Positions 29,091 through 39,465 of a stretch of 64,000 bases of DNA are shown here, in pieces. A program made the translations under genes and the position numbers. The stretch's first letter is position 1. Every line of letters starts with the position of its first letter. The stretch comes from Piscirickettsiaceae bacterium. GTDB taxonomy: Bacteria > Pseudomonadota > Gammaproteobacteria > Nitrosococcales > Methylophagaceae. Where the stretch lies: contig JAIBDZ010000002.1 in NCBI GenBank assembly GCA_024685975.1, positions 90,908-154,907 of the forward strand, given 5' to 3'. Under the pieces are notes generated by a model. It had not been told where the DNA came from, did no database searches, and saw nothing but the letters and a program-made list of their open reading frames with translations.

Positions 29091-30182
29091 TTAACGCATC
29101 TCAAAACGATGCGATACATGATGTAAAAAAAATAGACGCTTTAACGCCTTACTTATATTCGACAACACCAAACTCCGTTGTTGTTGCTGTAATCTCGCTT
29201 GAAATAATAACAATGTACCCAACATGGCACTATCAATATATTGTAGATTTGCACAATCGATCACAACATCACTCGAAAAATGCTCAACAATCTCTTGTAA
29301 AGGCATGATTAAATCATCAATATTAAACTGCGTCACACTCCCACTGATGACTAACCTTACCTGCTTATCATCATACAAAACATCATAACGATATGTTTGA
29401 TGATGCCATCGTTTCAAATGCAAGCGCTCATACAACATTAAAGGTAACACTTTGACGATACATAATCGTAAAAGACACCATCCATCACGCCAATAACGAC
29501 GCCATAAGCTGGGTTCTTGTTTTATACGCCACAGCCATTCTAATCCAAACTGCTGCCAATGTTCAGGAGCACGCTCTATATGACCTGCAACAAAATTAAT
29601 GACTGCACCTAAATGACTTTTTATCGGCGCATGAATACGTGATTTATTTGCCTGCAGCCAAGCTTGCCCTTTTTGAGCCCCCAAAGCAACCAAGACAAAA
29701 TCAGGTTCTGCATCATTAATCCTATCTATGATCGTTTGTCCACTCATTTCCTCAACGCTGACAAAGCCGGGATCGTAATAGCCACAACTCATGACACCAC
29801 CTTGCTCAATATTCAATTGGCGATGGGCTTTTTCAGCAACACCTTCCTCACCGCCGAAAAAAAAGACCTTGATCGGTCTTTCTCTCTTTTGACTTTGCAA
29901 CATCGAAAATAAAGACGAACCAGCAACGCGTTCATGAAACGGTAACCCCAATAATTTCGCAACCCAGATCAATGGCATACCATCTGCAATAATCAAATCA
30001 CTATCGACAACAGACTGATAGAATGCGGGATCTGTTTGAGCTGCTATCACAAAGTTTAGATTCGGTGTCGTCATAAAACACGCTTGTTGCTGCTTAACCG
30101 CTTCGTCAACGACAAGACTTGCTTGTGATAAATTCACATTATCGAATGGTAAACCTAAAATGCTATACGCTTTTCTCATCAT
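29091..30182 (-). CDS. WecG/TagA/CpsF-family glycosyltransferase with C-terminal STAS domain
   Basis: N-terminal ~260 aa match the WecG/TagA pattern (IIADGMPLIWVAKLLG, VFFFGG, DFVLVALGAQKGQAW, GAVINFVAG, LEWLWRI). The last ~100 aa read like a STAS/anti-sigma-antagonist fold (VISGSV...VVIDCANLQYIDSAMLGTLLLF). The start is set to the ATG that overlaps the upstream stop (ATGA). Confidence 0.75.
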   Translation of the reverse strand: MMRKAYSILGLPFDNVNLSQASLVVDEAVKQQQACFMTTPNLNFVIAAQTDPAFYQSVVDSDLIIADGMPLIWVAKLLGLPFHERVAGSSLFSMLQSQKRERPIKVFFFGGEEGVAEKAHRQLNIEQGGVMSCGYYDPGFVSVEEMSGQTIIDRINDAEPDFVLVALGAQKGQAWLQANKSRIHAPIKSHLGAVINFVAGHIERAPEHWQQFGLEWLWRIKQEPSLWRRYWRDGWCLLRLCIVKVLPLMLYERLHLKRWHHQTYRYDVLYDDKQVRLVISGSVTQFNIDDLIMPLQEIVEHFSSDVVIDCANLQYIDSAMLGTLLLFQARLQQQQRSLVLSNISKALKRLFFLHHVSHRFEMR

Positions 30183-31180
30183 TTCAGCTGTTTTGGGCTC
30201 GTAAATAGAAATAGCCACCCTGCTTTCTTCACGGCTTCAACAAACAGTATTGAAAAAACAATGCCAACTAAAGTACCAAATATCAAATGGAACAAACCAG
30301 ATTCAATACCGAAAACGTATTGCATAATAATCCTAAATCCACTACCAAAAATAATATGAACCAAATAAATTTCTAGTGAATAAGAGCCTACTATTTTTAT
30401 CCATGCTACGTTTAACTTACTTAATAAATGAGAAAAAACAACTACCGATAAAATCGCTATAACAGCAATGATTAACGTTAACAAATCATTCATAAATAAT
30501 GATGGCAGCATACCTTGGTAAGGTACTAAATACATTGCTAAAGAAAAAGTAAATATCGCACCAACAGTTCTAAGCCAAAGCTTATCTATGTGCTCCTCTT
30601 TAAAGTGTGAGAGCGCTATACCTAAACTGAAATAGATGCCAAATTGATAAACTGAATTCAACACACTCCATGGTGTCGATAACAGTTCATGCAAAAAATA
30701 GGTTAACAATGACAAGAATAAAATAGACCGGACGCTAGACGTCATATAATAAACCAGCGTGTATAACACAAACATGACAAACAAAGTATACAAATACCAA
30801 AAATGGTCGCTTGGTTGCCATAGAAAAGCGTAGATATTTTCAAATGATTTTTCAAAATTAGTATATTCACTTAAACTGATTTGCAAGCTTAATTGAATAA
30901 TCGACCAAACTAAATAGGGGTAAATTAAAGTATGTAATTTATTAACAATAAGTCCGGAGGTCTCTCTTTTTTTCAAAGAACCTATAAAAAACAGTCCTGA
31001 TAAAAAGAAAAATAACGGCATATGAAAGCTATAAATCAGTTGATCCAATAACAACATCATTTCGTGATTTATCGTAATGTCAGCATTGACGACGCCACGA
31101 GCCACATGACCAAACACAACGAGAATGATGCCAATACCTTTAGCGTAGTCCACCCAATCTAAGTGCTTTTTAATTACCAT
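30179..31180 (-). CDS. acyltransferase family 3 membrane protein (polysaccharide O-acyltransferase)
   Basis: 10-TM-like protein starting HLDWVDYAKGIGIILVVFGH, with FHMPLFFFLSG, the acyltransferase-3 pattern. Confidence 0.8.
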   Translation of the reverse strand: MVIKKHLDWVDYAKGIGIILVVFGHVARGVVNADITINHEMMLLLDQLIYSFHMPLFFFLSGLFFIGSLKKRETSGLIVNKLHTLIYPYLVWSIIQLSLQISLSEYTNFEKSFENIYAFLWQPSDHFWYLYTLFVMFVLYTLVYYMTSSVRSILFLSLLTYFLHELLSTPWSVLNSVYQFGIYFSLGIALSHFKEEHIDKLWLRTVGAIFTFSLAMYLVPYQGMLPSLFMNDLLTLIIAVIAILSVVVFSHLLSKLNVAWIKIVGSYSLEIYLVHIIFGSGFRIIMQYVFGIESGLFHLIFGTLVGIVFSILFVEAVKKAGWLFLFTSPKQLK

Positions 31181-32398
31181 TTATTCAACTTCATGCTGAA
31201 ACAAACTATTCAATTTCTGAACATTTGATGACAAAGAAAAGTACTTTGTCACATGTTCAACAGCTTTTTTTGTCATTTCCTTGGCATCATCTTCATTCTG
31301 AATCAATTGTACTATCGCCCCGGATAATGCAGTCTCATCATCCGGTAAAATGCAAAGTCCTGTTTCACCATCGACTACTAACTCAGGGATCCCTGATATC
31401 TGTGTCGAAATCACGGGAACACCTGACATCATCGCCTCCATTAGCACAACAGGGATGCCATCCATATCACCGTGTTTATCTTGCTTGCATGGCAAAACAA
31501 ATATATCCAATGATTGAATAAAGCGGGACACCGCAGTATGAGGTAAGGCCCCCATCATCATCACATCGTCATCAAGCTTTAACTGTTGGATCAATGTTTC
31601 CATATCAGCCATCAATGGACCTGAACCCACAATAGCGAGTGACACATCCTCACCTTGTTGCTTTAGTAGCGCTATTGATTTAATTAAAACATCAATGCCT
31701 TTTTTCTCAACTAGTCGGCCAACGACACCGATTTTGATAGGATTTGAAGGCTTTTTCCATTGACGTGTTACAAATTGTTTCGGATCGACACCACAACGTA
31801 CGATTTCAATCTTGTCTTCATTTGCGCCGATATCAGATAAATAATGGCGATTAAATTCTGAAATCGTACCAAAGAATGTGGCACGCTCAATTTTTTGTTG
31901 CAATAACCACCCACGTTCGAATAAGTCATTGGCATGAGAAGTCACGCTAAACCCAATTCCAGCCAGTTTAGTCGCATACATCGCAATATCTGTTGGTATA
32001 TGTGCAAAATGAACATGTAAATGCTGACATTGATGCTTTTGCAACTCATCGGCTAACATTCCCGCAAATACAAAACGGTATGCCAAGCCCATTGTTTGTC
32101 GTTTAAAGCCTAAACAACACATATCAGACAATAACATGCCAACAGTTGAAAAATAACATCGACATTGACGCGTCATTAAACGCCAATGACTCCGAAGAAG
32201 GTCTCTTTTTTTAGTACCATACAACGTCGTCACTTTTTGTTTTATCAGTTTAACCTCCGGCTCATCAAACTGACCCAAAGGAAAATGTACCGAGAAAGGA
32301 ACAACCGTGGTACCTAAACGTTCAAGTTCTCGTATATCGTTATAGACAAACGTAGCAGATAACGCCGGTAACTCAGGCGCAAGATAAGCAATCTTCAT
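31181..32398 (-). CDS. glycosyltransferase, GT4 (group 1) family
   Basis: GT-B C-terminal domain GRLVEKKGIDVLI...VGSGP...GIPVVLMEAMMSGVPVIST. The start is set to MKIAYLAPE, whose ATG overlaps the upstream stop (ATGA). Confidence 0.85.
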   Translation of the reverse strand: MKIAYLAPELPALSATFVYNDIRELERLGTTVVPFSVHFPLGQFDEPEVKLIKQKVTTLYGTKKRDLLRSHWRLMTRQCRCYFSTVGMLLSDMCCLGFKRQTMGLAYRFVFAGMLADELQKHQCQHLHVHFAHIPTDIAMYATKLAGIGFSVTSHANDLFERGWLLQQKIERATFFGTISEFNRHYLSDIGANEDKIEIVRCGVDPKQFVTRQWKKPSNPIKIGVVGRLVEKKGIDVLIKSIALLKQQGEDVSLAIVGSGPLMADMETLIQQLKLDDDVMMMGALPHTAVSRFIQSLDIFVLPCKQDKHGDMDGIPVVLMEAMMSGVPVISTQISGIPELVVDGETGLCILPDDETALSGAIVQLIQNEDDAKEMTKKAVEHVTKYFSLSSNVQKLNSLFQHEVE

Positions 32399-33327
32399 GA
32401 TGCGTGTTTTGACCGCCAAATTGGTTCTTGACGTGCATTTAATTCTGCCGTTGCTCGAGACTTACCTTTTAATAAACACGCCCATTGATATTCACGTATA
32501 AATGCAGATAACTCTGCATCTTCAAAACGAGGCACTCGGGTCAACGCACTTTTAATATATCCCCACATCATTGCCAAGCCCCCCACCACATAAGGTGGCC
32601 GAGACAACCTGAAAATCCCAGAAGCCAACATATACACGACACCAGTTCCCATAAAATATTGACCAAAACCATGCCTGATTCGACCGGTAATAATATTCTT
32701 CTGACTTGATCCCATGGGTCTTAAATGCGTAAATTGAAGATCAGGCTCATCCCAACTTTGAGCTACCCAACCTAATTGCCGACAACGATGTCCATCAATG
32801 CCATCCCACATCACTTGTCTGACAAAACCGCCGATTTCTTCAAAACATTCGCGACGATAAAACTTGGAAGCACCAATGGCATTTTCATCTCCACAGCCTT
32901 CGCTGACAAACTTTCCTGAGTCTTTATCGATATAATATGGTTTGCCACTACAGTTACCTAACCTTGGGTTATCATGCATCCGCTTCATCAACGTCTCGAA
33001 ATAACGCTCAGGCATAATCAAATCAAGATCAAGCTTACAAATAAAATCGAATTGCTGAATATCTACCGTATCCAACCCTTCGTAAAAAGCCTCAATCACA
33101 CCGGGCCCGACACTTCGATGCCCACGGTTAACCCGTGTCACAATCTGGATAAAATCATATTTTTCGGCGTATTCAGCTAAAATATTCGGAGTTTCATCTG
33201 TAGAACCATCATCGACAATCACCCACAAAGCGGGCTTAATTGACTGAGCCACAACACTATCTAATGTGTTCAGCATAAAGTCAGCTTCATTACGGCAGGG
33301 TGAAACAATAACGTAGTTAGTAAGCAC
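32395..33327 (-). CDS. glycosyltransferase family 2
   Basis: VSPCRNEADFMLNTLDSVVAQS...WVIVDDGSTDET is a GT-A N-terminus with DDGS and DLD motifs. Confidence 0.85.
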   Translation of the reverse strand: MLTNYVIVSPCRNEADFMLNTLDSVVAQSIKPALWVIVDDGSTDETPNILAEYAEKYDFIQIVTRVNRGHRSVGPGVIEAFYEGLDTVDIQQFDFICKLDLDLIMPERYFETLMKRMHDNPRLGNCSGKPYYIDKDSGKFVSEGCGDENAIGASKFYRRECFEEIGGFVRQVMWDGIDGHRCRQLGWVAQSWDEPDLQFTHLRPMGSSQKNIITGRIRHGFGQYFMGTGVVYMLASGIFRLSRPPYVVGGLAMMWGYIKSALTRVPRFEDAELSAFIREYQWACLLKGKSRATAELNARQEPIWRSKHAS

Positions 33328-33370
33328 TATTGTATTTATCTCTTATTTGACAATGATGAAAAGAATATCA

Positions 33371-34411
33371 TTACTCTGTGACATTTTTCTGTTTACTGGT
33401 TAACTTTTTAGCCAAGCCAATCCAGTATTTTTCATAATAAAATGTCGATAAATGGGCTAACAAAAACAATAAAATAAATAATAATGGCCTTTTGGCATAT
33501 TTCTCTATCGTTTCACCACTGCCTAACCAAGTATGAGCTAATAAAGGGTGAATGACATATAAGGCGTAAGAAACACTGGCTAAATACACCAATACTTTTA
33601 AATTAAGTAAAGCAGACCACTTGTTTGATGGCTGGTATAGCGTTGAACCAACTAATGTTGCCGCTAAATAAGGTCTTAAATAATTCATCGCGCCGGAGTC
33701 TGGATGACAAGAAATCAAAAAAAATACTAAGATATAAAGTGGGTTAACCCAAGATAAAAATCGTGGAATTAAGGTTCCTAAGCGATGATTAAACGCTAAG
33801 GCCAATATAAGCCCAGCCAAAATTTCATCAATACGATAATACGTTGTGATATTCACAAGAACACCGTCATGAATCCTTAAAGCTGTCACGGCCACCCCCA
33901 CAACAGCAAAAAAAATTAATGCTTTTTCCTTAAAGAAAAAAAAGCCGATCGCAATCATTATATAAAATTGCATTTCGATACATAAACTCCAGAAATGAGA
34001 AGAGCCAGGTACAAAATACATTGGTGGCGAATTAGCAAAAAATAAGAAATGTGGTATTGCCAACTCTATCGATGCGCCGAGGATAGGTAATGCCACAATG
34101 AGATATAACCACGCCAATGGCACAATTCTGAAAAAACGTCGAACGATAAAGCTTTTTACATCAGGTTTTTGAATCAAAAAATGCGTGATTAAAAAACCTG
34201 ACAACGTAAAAAACAATGCCATGCCAATCGGGCCAGCGGTTTCATTTAACCGCCATGCTTTTGGTCCTAAAGGCAACAAATGTGCAGCCAGTACAAACAG
34301 AATACTGAGACCACGCCAACCATCTAATACGTCAAAATAGCCGCCAGCGTGATGTTGTCTTACTGACAAAAGCTTAGCAATGCTGGCTTTTAGCCATGTC
34401 AACATATGCAT
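33371..34411 (-). CDS. acyltransferase family 3 membrane protein
   Basis: FDVLDGWRGLSILFVLAAH and FFTLSGFLI motifs. Polytopic. Confidence 0.8.
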   Translation of the reverse strand: MHMLTWLKASIAKLLSVRQHHAGGYFDVLDGWRGLSILFVLAAHLLPLGPKAWRLNETAGPIGMALFFTLSGFLITHFLIQKPDVKSFIVRRFFRIVPLAWLYLIVALPILGASIELAIPHFLFFANSPPMYFVPGSSHFWSLCIEMQFYIMIAIGFFFFKEKALIFFAVVGVAVTALRIHDGVLVNITTYYRIDEILAGLILALAFNHRLGTLIPRFLSWVNPLYILVFFLISCHPDSGAMNYLRPYLAATLVGSTLYQPSNKWSALLNLKVLVYLASVSYALYVIHPLLAHTWLGSGETIEKYAKRPLLFILLFLLAHLSTFYYEKYWIGLAKKLTSKQKNVTE

Positions 34412-34460
34412 TCCAGTTTATAGGTGAATGAGTCGTTAAACGTCATCAGGACGTAGAATA

Positions 34461-35738
34461 CTACAATCGTCCATCCACGCTTGCAGAATCAAACAGGTAT
34501 TTAATATCGTAAATAACATGTTTGTCTTTAGTTAACGCTCTTACGCCATCAATGCCCATCGCTTTAAATTCATTATGCGACACAGCAACAATCACAGCGT
34601 CATAATGATTTTGTTTTAAGTCATCAATCAATGACACACCATACTCCGCTTTCGCTTCGTCTTTACTGACCCAAGGATCGTAAATATCGACTTTTGCATT
34701 ATATGTTTCTAATTCCTCGATCATTTCAACCACACGGGTATTACGCAAATCAGGACAGTTCTCTTTAAATGTCAGCCCCATCATTAAGATATTAGCGTCA
34801 ACAATATGAACCTTTTTCTCAGCCATGAGTTTGACAATTTCGCTCACGACAAAATGCCCCATATTGTCATTCACGCGCCGACCAGCGGCAATTAACTGTG
34901 GGTGATAACCTAATGTTTCCGCTTTATGAACCAAATAATAGGGATCAACACCAATGCAATGTCCGCCAACCAAACCAGGTCTGAAAGGTAAGAAATTCCA
35001 CTTAGTGCCAGCGGCTTCTAATACTTCTTGTGTATCAATCCCAACACGGTTAAAAATTAAAGCCAATTCATTCACTAAAGCAATATTAATATCACGCTGT
35101 GTATTCTCAATCACTTTTGCAGCTTCAGCGACTTTAATACTGCTGGCTTTATGTGTTCCTGCCGTAATAATCGTTTGATATAACTCATCGACAATCGTCG
35201 CAACTTCAGGTGTTGAACCAGAAGTCACCTTTAAAATCGTTGTTAATGTTCGCTCTTTATCACCAGGATTAATTCGCTCTGGACTATAACCGCAATAAAA
35301 GCTCTCATTAAATGTCAGGCCAGACATCGCCTCTAGGATTGGCACACAGACTTCCTCTGTTGCACCGGGATAAACGGTTGACTCAAAAATAACAATATCG
35401 CCTTGCTTTAAATATTGTCCGACTAGTCTTGTTGCGGATTCTACGGGCGTCAAGTCCGGCGTTTTGCTTTGATCGATAGGCGTCGGCACCGTGACAATAT
35501 AAATATTCGCCTCAGTCAGCTTGCTTGCATCAGCAGTACACTCTAATAAAGTTGCAGAGGCAATCTCTTCAGAGGTGGTCTCCAGAGTAAAATCCTTCCC
35601 TTCATTTAACTCAGCAACTCGCGAAGTATTGATATCATACCCAATAGTTGGGAAACGGCGACCAAATTCAACAGCTAAAGGCAGGCCAACATAGCCCAAA
35701 CCAATGATGGCAATTTTGACATTTGCATTATCTAACAT
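34461..35738 (-). CDS. UDP-N-acetyl-hexosamine 6-dehydrogenase (TviB/WbpA/VipA-type nucleotide-sugar dehydrogenase)
   Basis: [15 protein letters not shown] Rossmann fold and catalytic [11 protein letters not shown]. The start is moved to the ATG ([13 protein letters not shown]) preceded by AAGGA; the track's start is a TTG that overlaps the upstream gene. Confidence 0.88.
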   Translation of the reverse strand: MLDNANVKIAIIGLGYVGLPLAVEFGRRFPTIGYDINTSRVAELNEGKDFTLETTSEEIASATLLECTADASKLTEANIYIVTVPTPIDQSKTPDLTPVESATRLVGQYLKQGDIVIFESTVYPGATEEVCVPILEAMSGLTFNESFYCGYSPERINPGDKERTLTTILKVTSGSTPEVATIVDELYQTIITAGTHKASSIKVAEAAKVIENTQRDINIALVNELALIFNRVGIDTQEVLEAAGTKWNFLPFRPGLVGGHCIGVDPYYLVHKAETLGYHPQLIAAGRRVNDNMGHFVVSEIVKLMAEKKVHIVDANILMMGLTFKENCPDLRNTRVVEMIEELETYNAKVDIYDPWVSKDEAKAEYGVSLIDDLKQNHYDAVIVAVSHNEFKAMGIDGVRALTKDKHVIYDIKYLFDSASVDGRL

Positions 35739-35751
35739 CTCATTCAAATCC

Positions 35752-36744
35752 TTATTTATACTCAATCAATCGCCCTTTGCGACCTTTGATATGATTACCC
35801 CAAAATGACAGTATGCCCATCAATTGTGGCCATTTAGCACACACCGTTGACACGCCATAATACAGGGCTTGTCGAATTGTTAAACCTTTATAATTAGCAC
35901 TTAATACAATTTTGAAAATTTGCACAATATAAAGCAAAAATAGACTACTAAAGACGGCATCATACAGACTTAATATTACGACTAGAATCGGAAAAACGAG
36001 CGCCCACCATATGATGCTCATCATTTCACGACGTTTAAAATGTTCACTATCACGACCATGAAGTTGGAAATTATTAGCAAAAGCATAACCCGCTCTTTTC
36101 GCTCTTTTCCACCATTGCCCTAATTGAGTCATAGCAGCGTCATGCAAAGTCATTTCGGCATCAATACGTTTTATTTTCCAGTTGTTTTGACGCATTCTGT
36201 AACACATTTCAGGCTCTTCACCCGCAATCAATGCATCATTAAACCCAGAAACAGAGCGAAATGCATCAATTCGTATCAAGGCATCACCGCCACAAGATAA
36301 CGCATCTCCAACAGGTGAATCCCATTCAATATCGCATAACAAATTAAATATGGACTCTTCGGGAAAGCGTTCACGACGACGACCACACACCACAGCATAA
36401 GCTGCATGTTTATTCAAAAAAGTATAGGCTTTATCAACCCAAGTTAAATCCACTTCACAATCGCCATCTACAAACTGAATATATTCTGTATCAGGAAATA
36501 ATTGACAGATCTTTTCGGCACCCGCATTTCTTGCCCGAGCCGCTGTAAAAGGTTGCATCATATCCAATGTAACAACTGACACACCTAACTTTTCTGCACT
36601 TTCCACACTCCCATCCGTCGAACCGGAGTCAACATAGACAATGTGCTCAATAGAATGAGATAAAGAACTCAAACACCGAATTAATCTATCACCCTCATTA
36701 CGACCAATGACAACAGCGGCGACTTTTTCTTGCATCGTGCTCAT
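35752..36744 (-). CDS. glycosyltransferase family 2 (with C-terminal TM segments)
   Basis: [17 protein letters not shown]...[14 protein letters not shown] and GEEPE motifs. Confidence 0.82.
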   Translation of the reverse strand: MSTMQEKVAAVVIGRNEGDRLIRCLSSLSHSIEHIVYVDSGSTDGSVESAEKLGVSVVTLDMMQPFTAARARNAGAEKICQLFPDTEYIQFVDGDCEVDLTWVDKAYTFLNKHAAYAVVCGRRRERFPEESIFNLLCDIEWDSPVGDALSCGGDALIRIDAFRSVSGFNDALIAGEEPEMCYRMRQNNWKIKRIDAEMTLHDAAMTQLGQWWKRAKRAGYAFANNFQLHGRDSEHFKRREMMSIIWWALVFPILVVILSLYDAVFSSLFLLYIVQIFKIVLSANYKGLTIRQALYYGVSTVCAKWPQLMGILSFWGNHIKGRKGRLIEYK

Positions 36745-37250
36745 AGTTGAGAAATTATTTTGGCAGGAATACCGACTACAGTCGCCCCAGCAGGCACATC
36801 ATGAACCACGACAGCATTAGCACCAATCGTCGCATCTTCTCCTATCATGACATTACCTAATATTTTCGCACCAGCACCGACATTGACACGCCGCCCTAAT
36901 TTAGGCGCATCATAAGGCGCGTCAAGAGACTTATTACCCAGTGTTACACCTTGTCGAATAATACAGCCATCCCCTATTTCGCATTGTCCATGGATCACAA
37001 TACCGTGTTGATGTTCAAACACGACCTTATCTCCTAATTTGACGCTATAAGGTAATTCAATACCATATTTAAATCTCACATGCCGTTCACAAAAACGATA
37101 TAACACACTCATCGGTGCACGTAATATTTTGGAACGAATCGACATTCGCCAATTGCCGAACCGGTAAACTAATAACACACGAAAACCAGCACGGTAACTA
37201 GAACGTCCATGTGCTTGCCAATCACTTTTAATGTGTTGCCAAATCGTCAT
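36741..37250 (-). CDS. hexapeptide-repeat O-acetyltransferase (serine acetyltransferase-like)
   Basis: Left-handed beta-helix repeats (IGDGCIIRQGVTLG..., VNVGAGAKILGNVMIGEDATIGANAVV). Confidence 0.85.
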   Translation of the reverse strand: MTIWQHIKSDWQAHGRSSYRAGFRVLLVYRFGNWRMSIRSKILRAPMSVLYRFCERHVRFKYGIELPYSVKLGDKVVFEHQHGIVIHGQCEIGDGCIIRQGVTLGNKSLDAPYDAPKLGRRVNVGAGAKILGNVMIGEDATIGANAVVVHDVPAGATVVGIPAKIISQL

Positions 37251-38233
37251 TACGCTTTAAACCTATCACCAATAAAACGACCAATGAGGCTGTTACGCCA
37301 AAAGTCAGACAACATGCGATAAGGGTCTGTATCTTCTTTTCTTTGGAGAAAACGCCTCACTCGCCACAAAGCAAAACCAACTCCCCATGCAAAATCAGCT
37401 CCCAATGTGTATAAAACACCATGGTTTTTCATAAAATAATATTGCCGAGCTTCAAACCAATATTGAGGACGTCTACGCTTTTGAATATCTCCGCTAACGA
37501 CGCCCGTGCTTTGTCCCACATAATGAATCACACGACTTTCAGGAACATACCAACATTCCCAACCATGACGCTTCGCCTGTAAGCAAAAATCGGTTTCCTC
37601 AAAATATAAGAAATACTGCTCATCCATCAAACCGATATCATCAAACACTTCAGTACGAATCAACATCGAAGCACCCGCCACCCAATCCACTTTCGATGGT
37701 TCGTTAGGAATAGGCATCGACACTTTTTTATGACTCAAAGCGCGGCTCACAAAACCTAATCGTAACGCCGACTCCAGTTCACTCCATATAGAATGAAAAT
37801 GAAAAGCAGAGCATTGGACTTGCCCATCTTCCCCTTCTAATCGACTCCCTATAATGCCAGCCTTAAGATGTGTATTCATAAAGGATATTAACGCATCAAC
37901 CGCACCATCCAATACACACGTATCAGGGTTCAATAACAAAACATATTCAGGCCTTGTTTCTGCCGATGCTATTGCCTCTCTAATGGCAACATTATTGCCA
38001 TATGAGAAACCACCATTATGAGGCGAACTAATCAAGGATACGCGTTCCTCAAGGTGATGCTCTTTAATATAGCGTACTAAGACATCATTCGAATCGTCCC
38101 CAGAATCATTATCAATTACTGCCACACAGTCACGCTCAATAGATAATTGAGGCAACAAAGCAGCCAAGCTTTGACAGACTAAATCAGCCGCTCGATAATT
38201 GACTATGACAATAAGTAATCGCTTATTTATCAT
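37250..38233 (-). CDS. glycosyltransferase family 2 (rhamnosyltransferase-like)
   Basis: LLIVIVNYRAADL...VIDNDSGDDS, NGGFSYGNN, LLLNPD. The start is set to MINKRLL, just after the upstream stop. The longer track ORF overlaps the preceding gene by 94 nt. Confidence 0.85.
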   Translation of the reverse strand: MINKRLLIVIVNYRAADLVCQSLAALLPQLSIERDCVAVIDNDSGDDSNDVLVRYIKEHHLEERVSLISSPHNGGFSYGNNVAIREAIASAETRPEYVLLLNPDTCVLDGAVDALISFMNTHLKAGIIGSRLEGEDGQVQCSAFHFHSIWSELESALRLGFVSRALSHKKVSMPIPNEPSKVDWVAGASMLIRTEVFDDIGLMDEQYFLYFEETDFCLQAKRHGWECWYVPESRVIHYVGQSTGVVSGDIQKRRRPQYWFEARQYYFMKNHGVLYTLGADFAWGVGFALWRVRRFLQRKEDTDPYRMLSDFWRNSLIGRFIGDRFKA

Positions 38234-38238
38234 TATGA

Positions 38239-39423
38239 TTAAATTGCCTGTTGATACAATGTAGTCAATATTTTTGCCGCAGTGTATTGATCGTATTGTT
38301 CTGTATGCATTGTGGCACCAGCACTTGACCATTTTGACAATAAATGAGGGGATTCGTAGACAGAGTTTATAACATCCATTATGCCATTTTTTATAGCCTC
38401 ATTAGCAATCTCAATTTCTTTTCGTAAAGGTTCACCGGTCAGCCAAACACCCTCCCAACGTCGCTGTTTACCAAGATTAATAGGAATGACATAACCTGTC
38501 TTTTGATGCTTCACAAGCTCAGGAAAGGCAAAAATATTCGTCGTTACCGATGGAATGCCCAACATTGCAGCTTCAATAATGACCCAACCTAAACTTTCAT
38601 CAAATGAAGGAAACAACAATATATCGCTTTTAGCTAGCAACGACATGACTTCAGAGTTAGGTAAAGCCTTACTTTGTTTTATCCATGGGGTCTCACCCAC
38701 CTTTTTTTGCCACTCTTTAGCGCTAGGTGAGAACTCTTTTAATGTGTAAGAAGATTCTAAGAACTGTCCAATGAAAGTCATCTCAATCGAAAGCCCATTT
38801 TCAACTAATTGACTCAAAGCGTTATAAGTAGGAACAAACCCCTTACGAAACGCATCTCCGCCGATAAAAATAACCTTTAGTGGCCTATTCTGCGAAAACT
38901 CTCCAACATTCTCCATCTTGGCTTCCAGTTTACTGTCTTTCGGTAAAGCTACTCCACCACGAAAATAAGAAATTTTATCTGCGATGTTTTTTTCCCCTAG
39001 ACTTAACATTTCTTGCTTAGCTTGTTCAGCGGCTGTTTGGCTTAGTGCATAAATACCTTTACATCGCTTAGAACGCAGCAAAAAATACCCCAACCGTCTT
39101 TGCCAACTTGATATATTGCCAAAATAACGAGGCATTTCTAACTCAAATGTAATCACAAAAGGTTTCGTTGTTATAGGTATCGCATTCCACGTATGTATTA
39201 AATCCACCTTGCTCGGTAATACAATCGGAGTATTCCTATAAAAATTGCTCCCCTTCAGAAATCTATGAATAGGTAATGAATAAACTCTTTTAAAACTCAC
39301 ACCTGCTGTAGGCAAAGCATAAGACACTCTCTCATAACCATAGCCAGGGAATAAAATCCCACTAACAATATCTCCATCATTGTACCCCCGCTGACCAAGC
39401 TCAGTGTTTGACTTAATATCCAT
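38239..39423 (-). CDS. glycosyltransferase, GT4 (group 1) family
   Basis: FIGGDAFRKG...LFPSFDESLGWVIIEAAMLGIPSVTT is a GT-B C-terminal signature. Confidence 0.82.
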   Translation of the reverse strand: MDIKSNTELGQRGYNDGDIVSGILFPGYGYERVSYALPTAGVSFKRVYSLPIHRFLKGSNFYRNTPIVLPSKVDLIHTWNAIPITTKPFVITFELEMPRYFGNISSWQRRLGYFLLRSKRCKGIYALSQTAAEQAKQEMLSLGEKNIADKISYFRGGVALPKDSKLEAKMENVGEFSQNRPLKVIFIGGDAFRKGFVPTYNALSQLVENGLSIEMTFIGQFLESSYTLKEFSPSAKEWQKKVGETPWIKQSKALPNSEVMSLLAKSDILLFPSFDESLGWVIIEAAMLGIPSVTTNIFAFPELVKHQKTGYVIPINLGKQRRWEGVWLTGEPLRKEIEIANEAIKNGIMDVINSVYESPHLLSKWSSAGATMHTEQYDQYTAAKILTTLYQQAI

Positions 39424-39465
39424 CCCTTTCCTAATTAGCCTTAACAGAAATTAAATGATAGTTTT

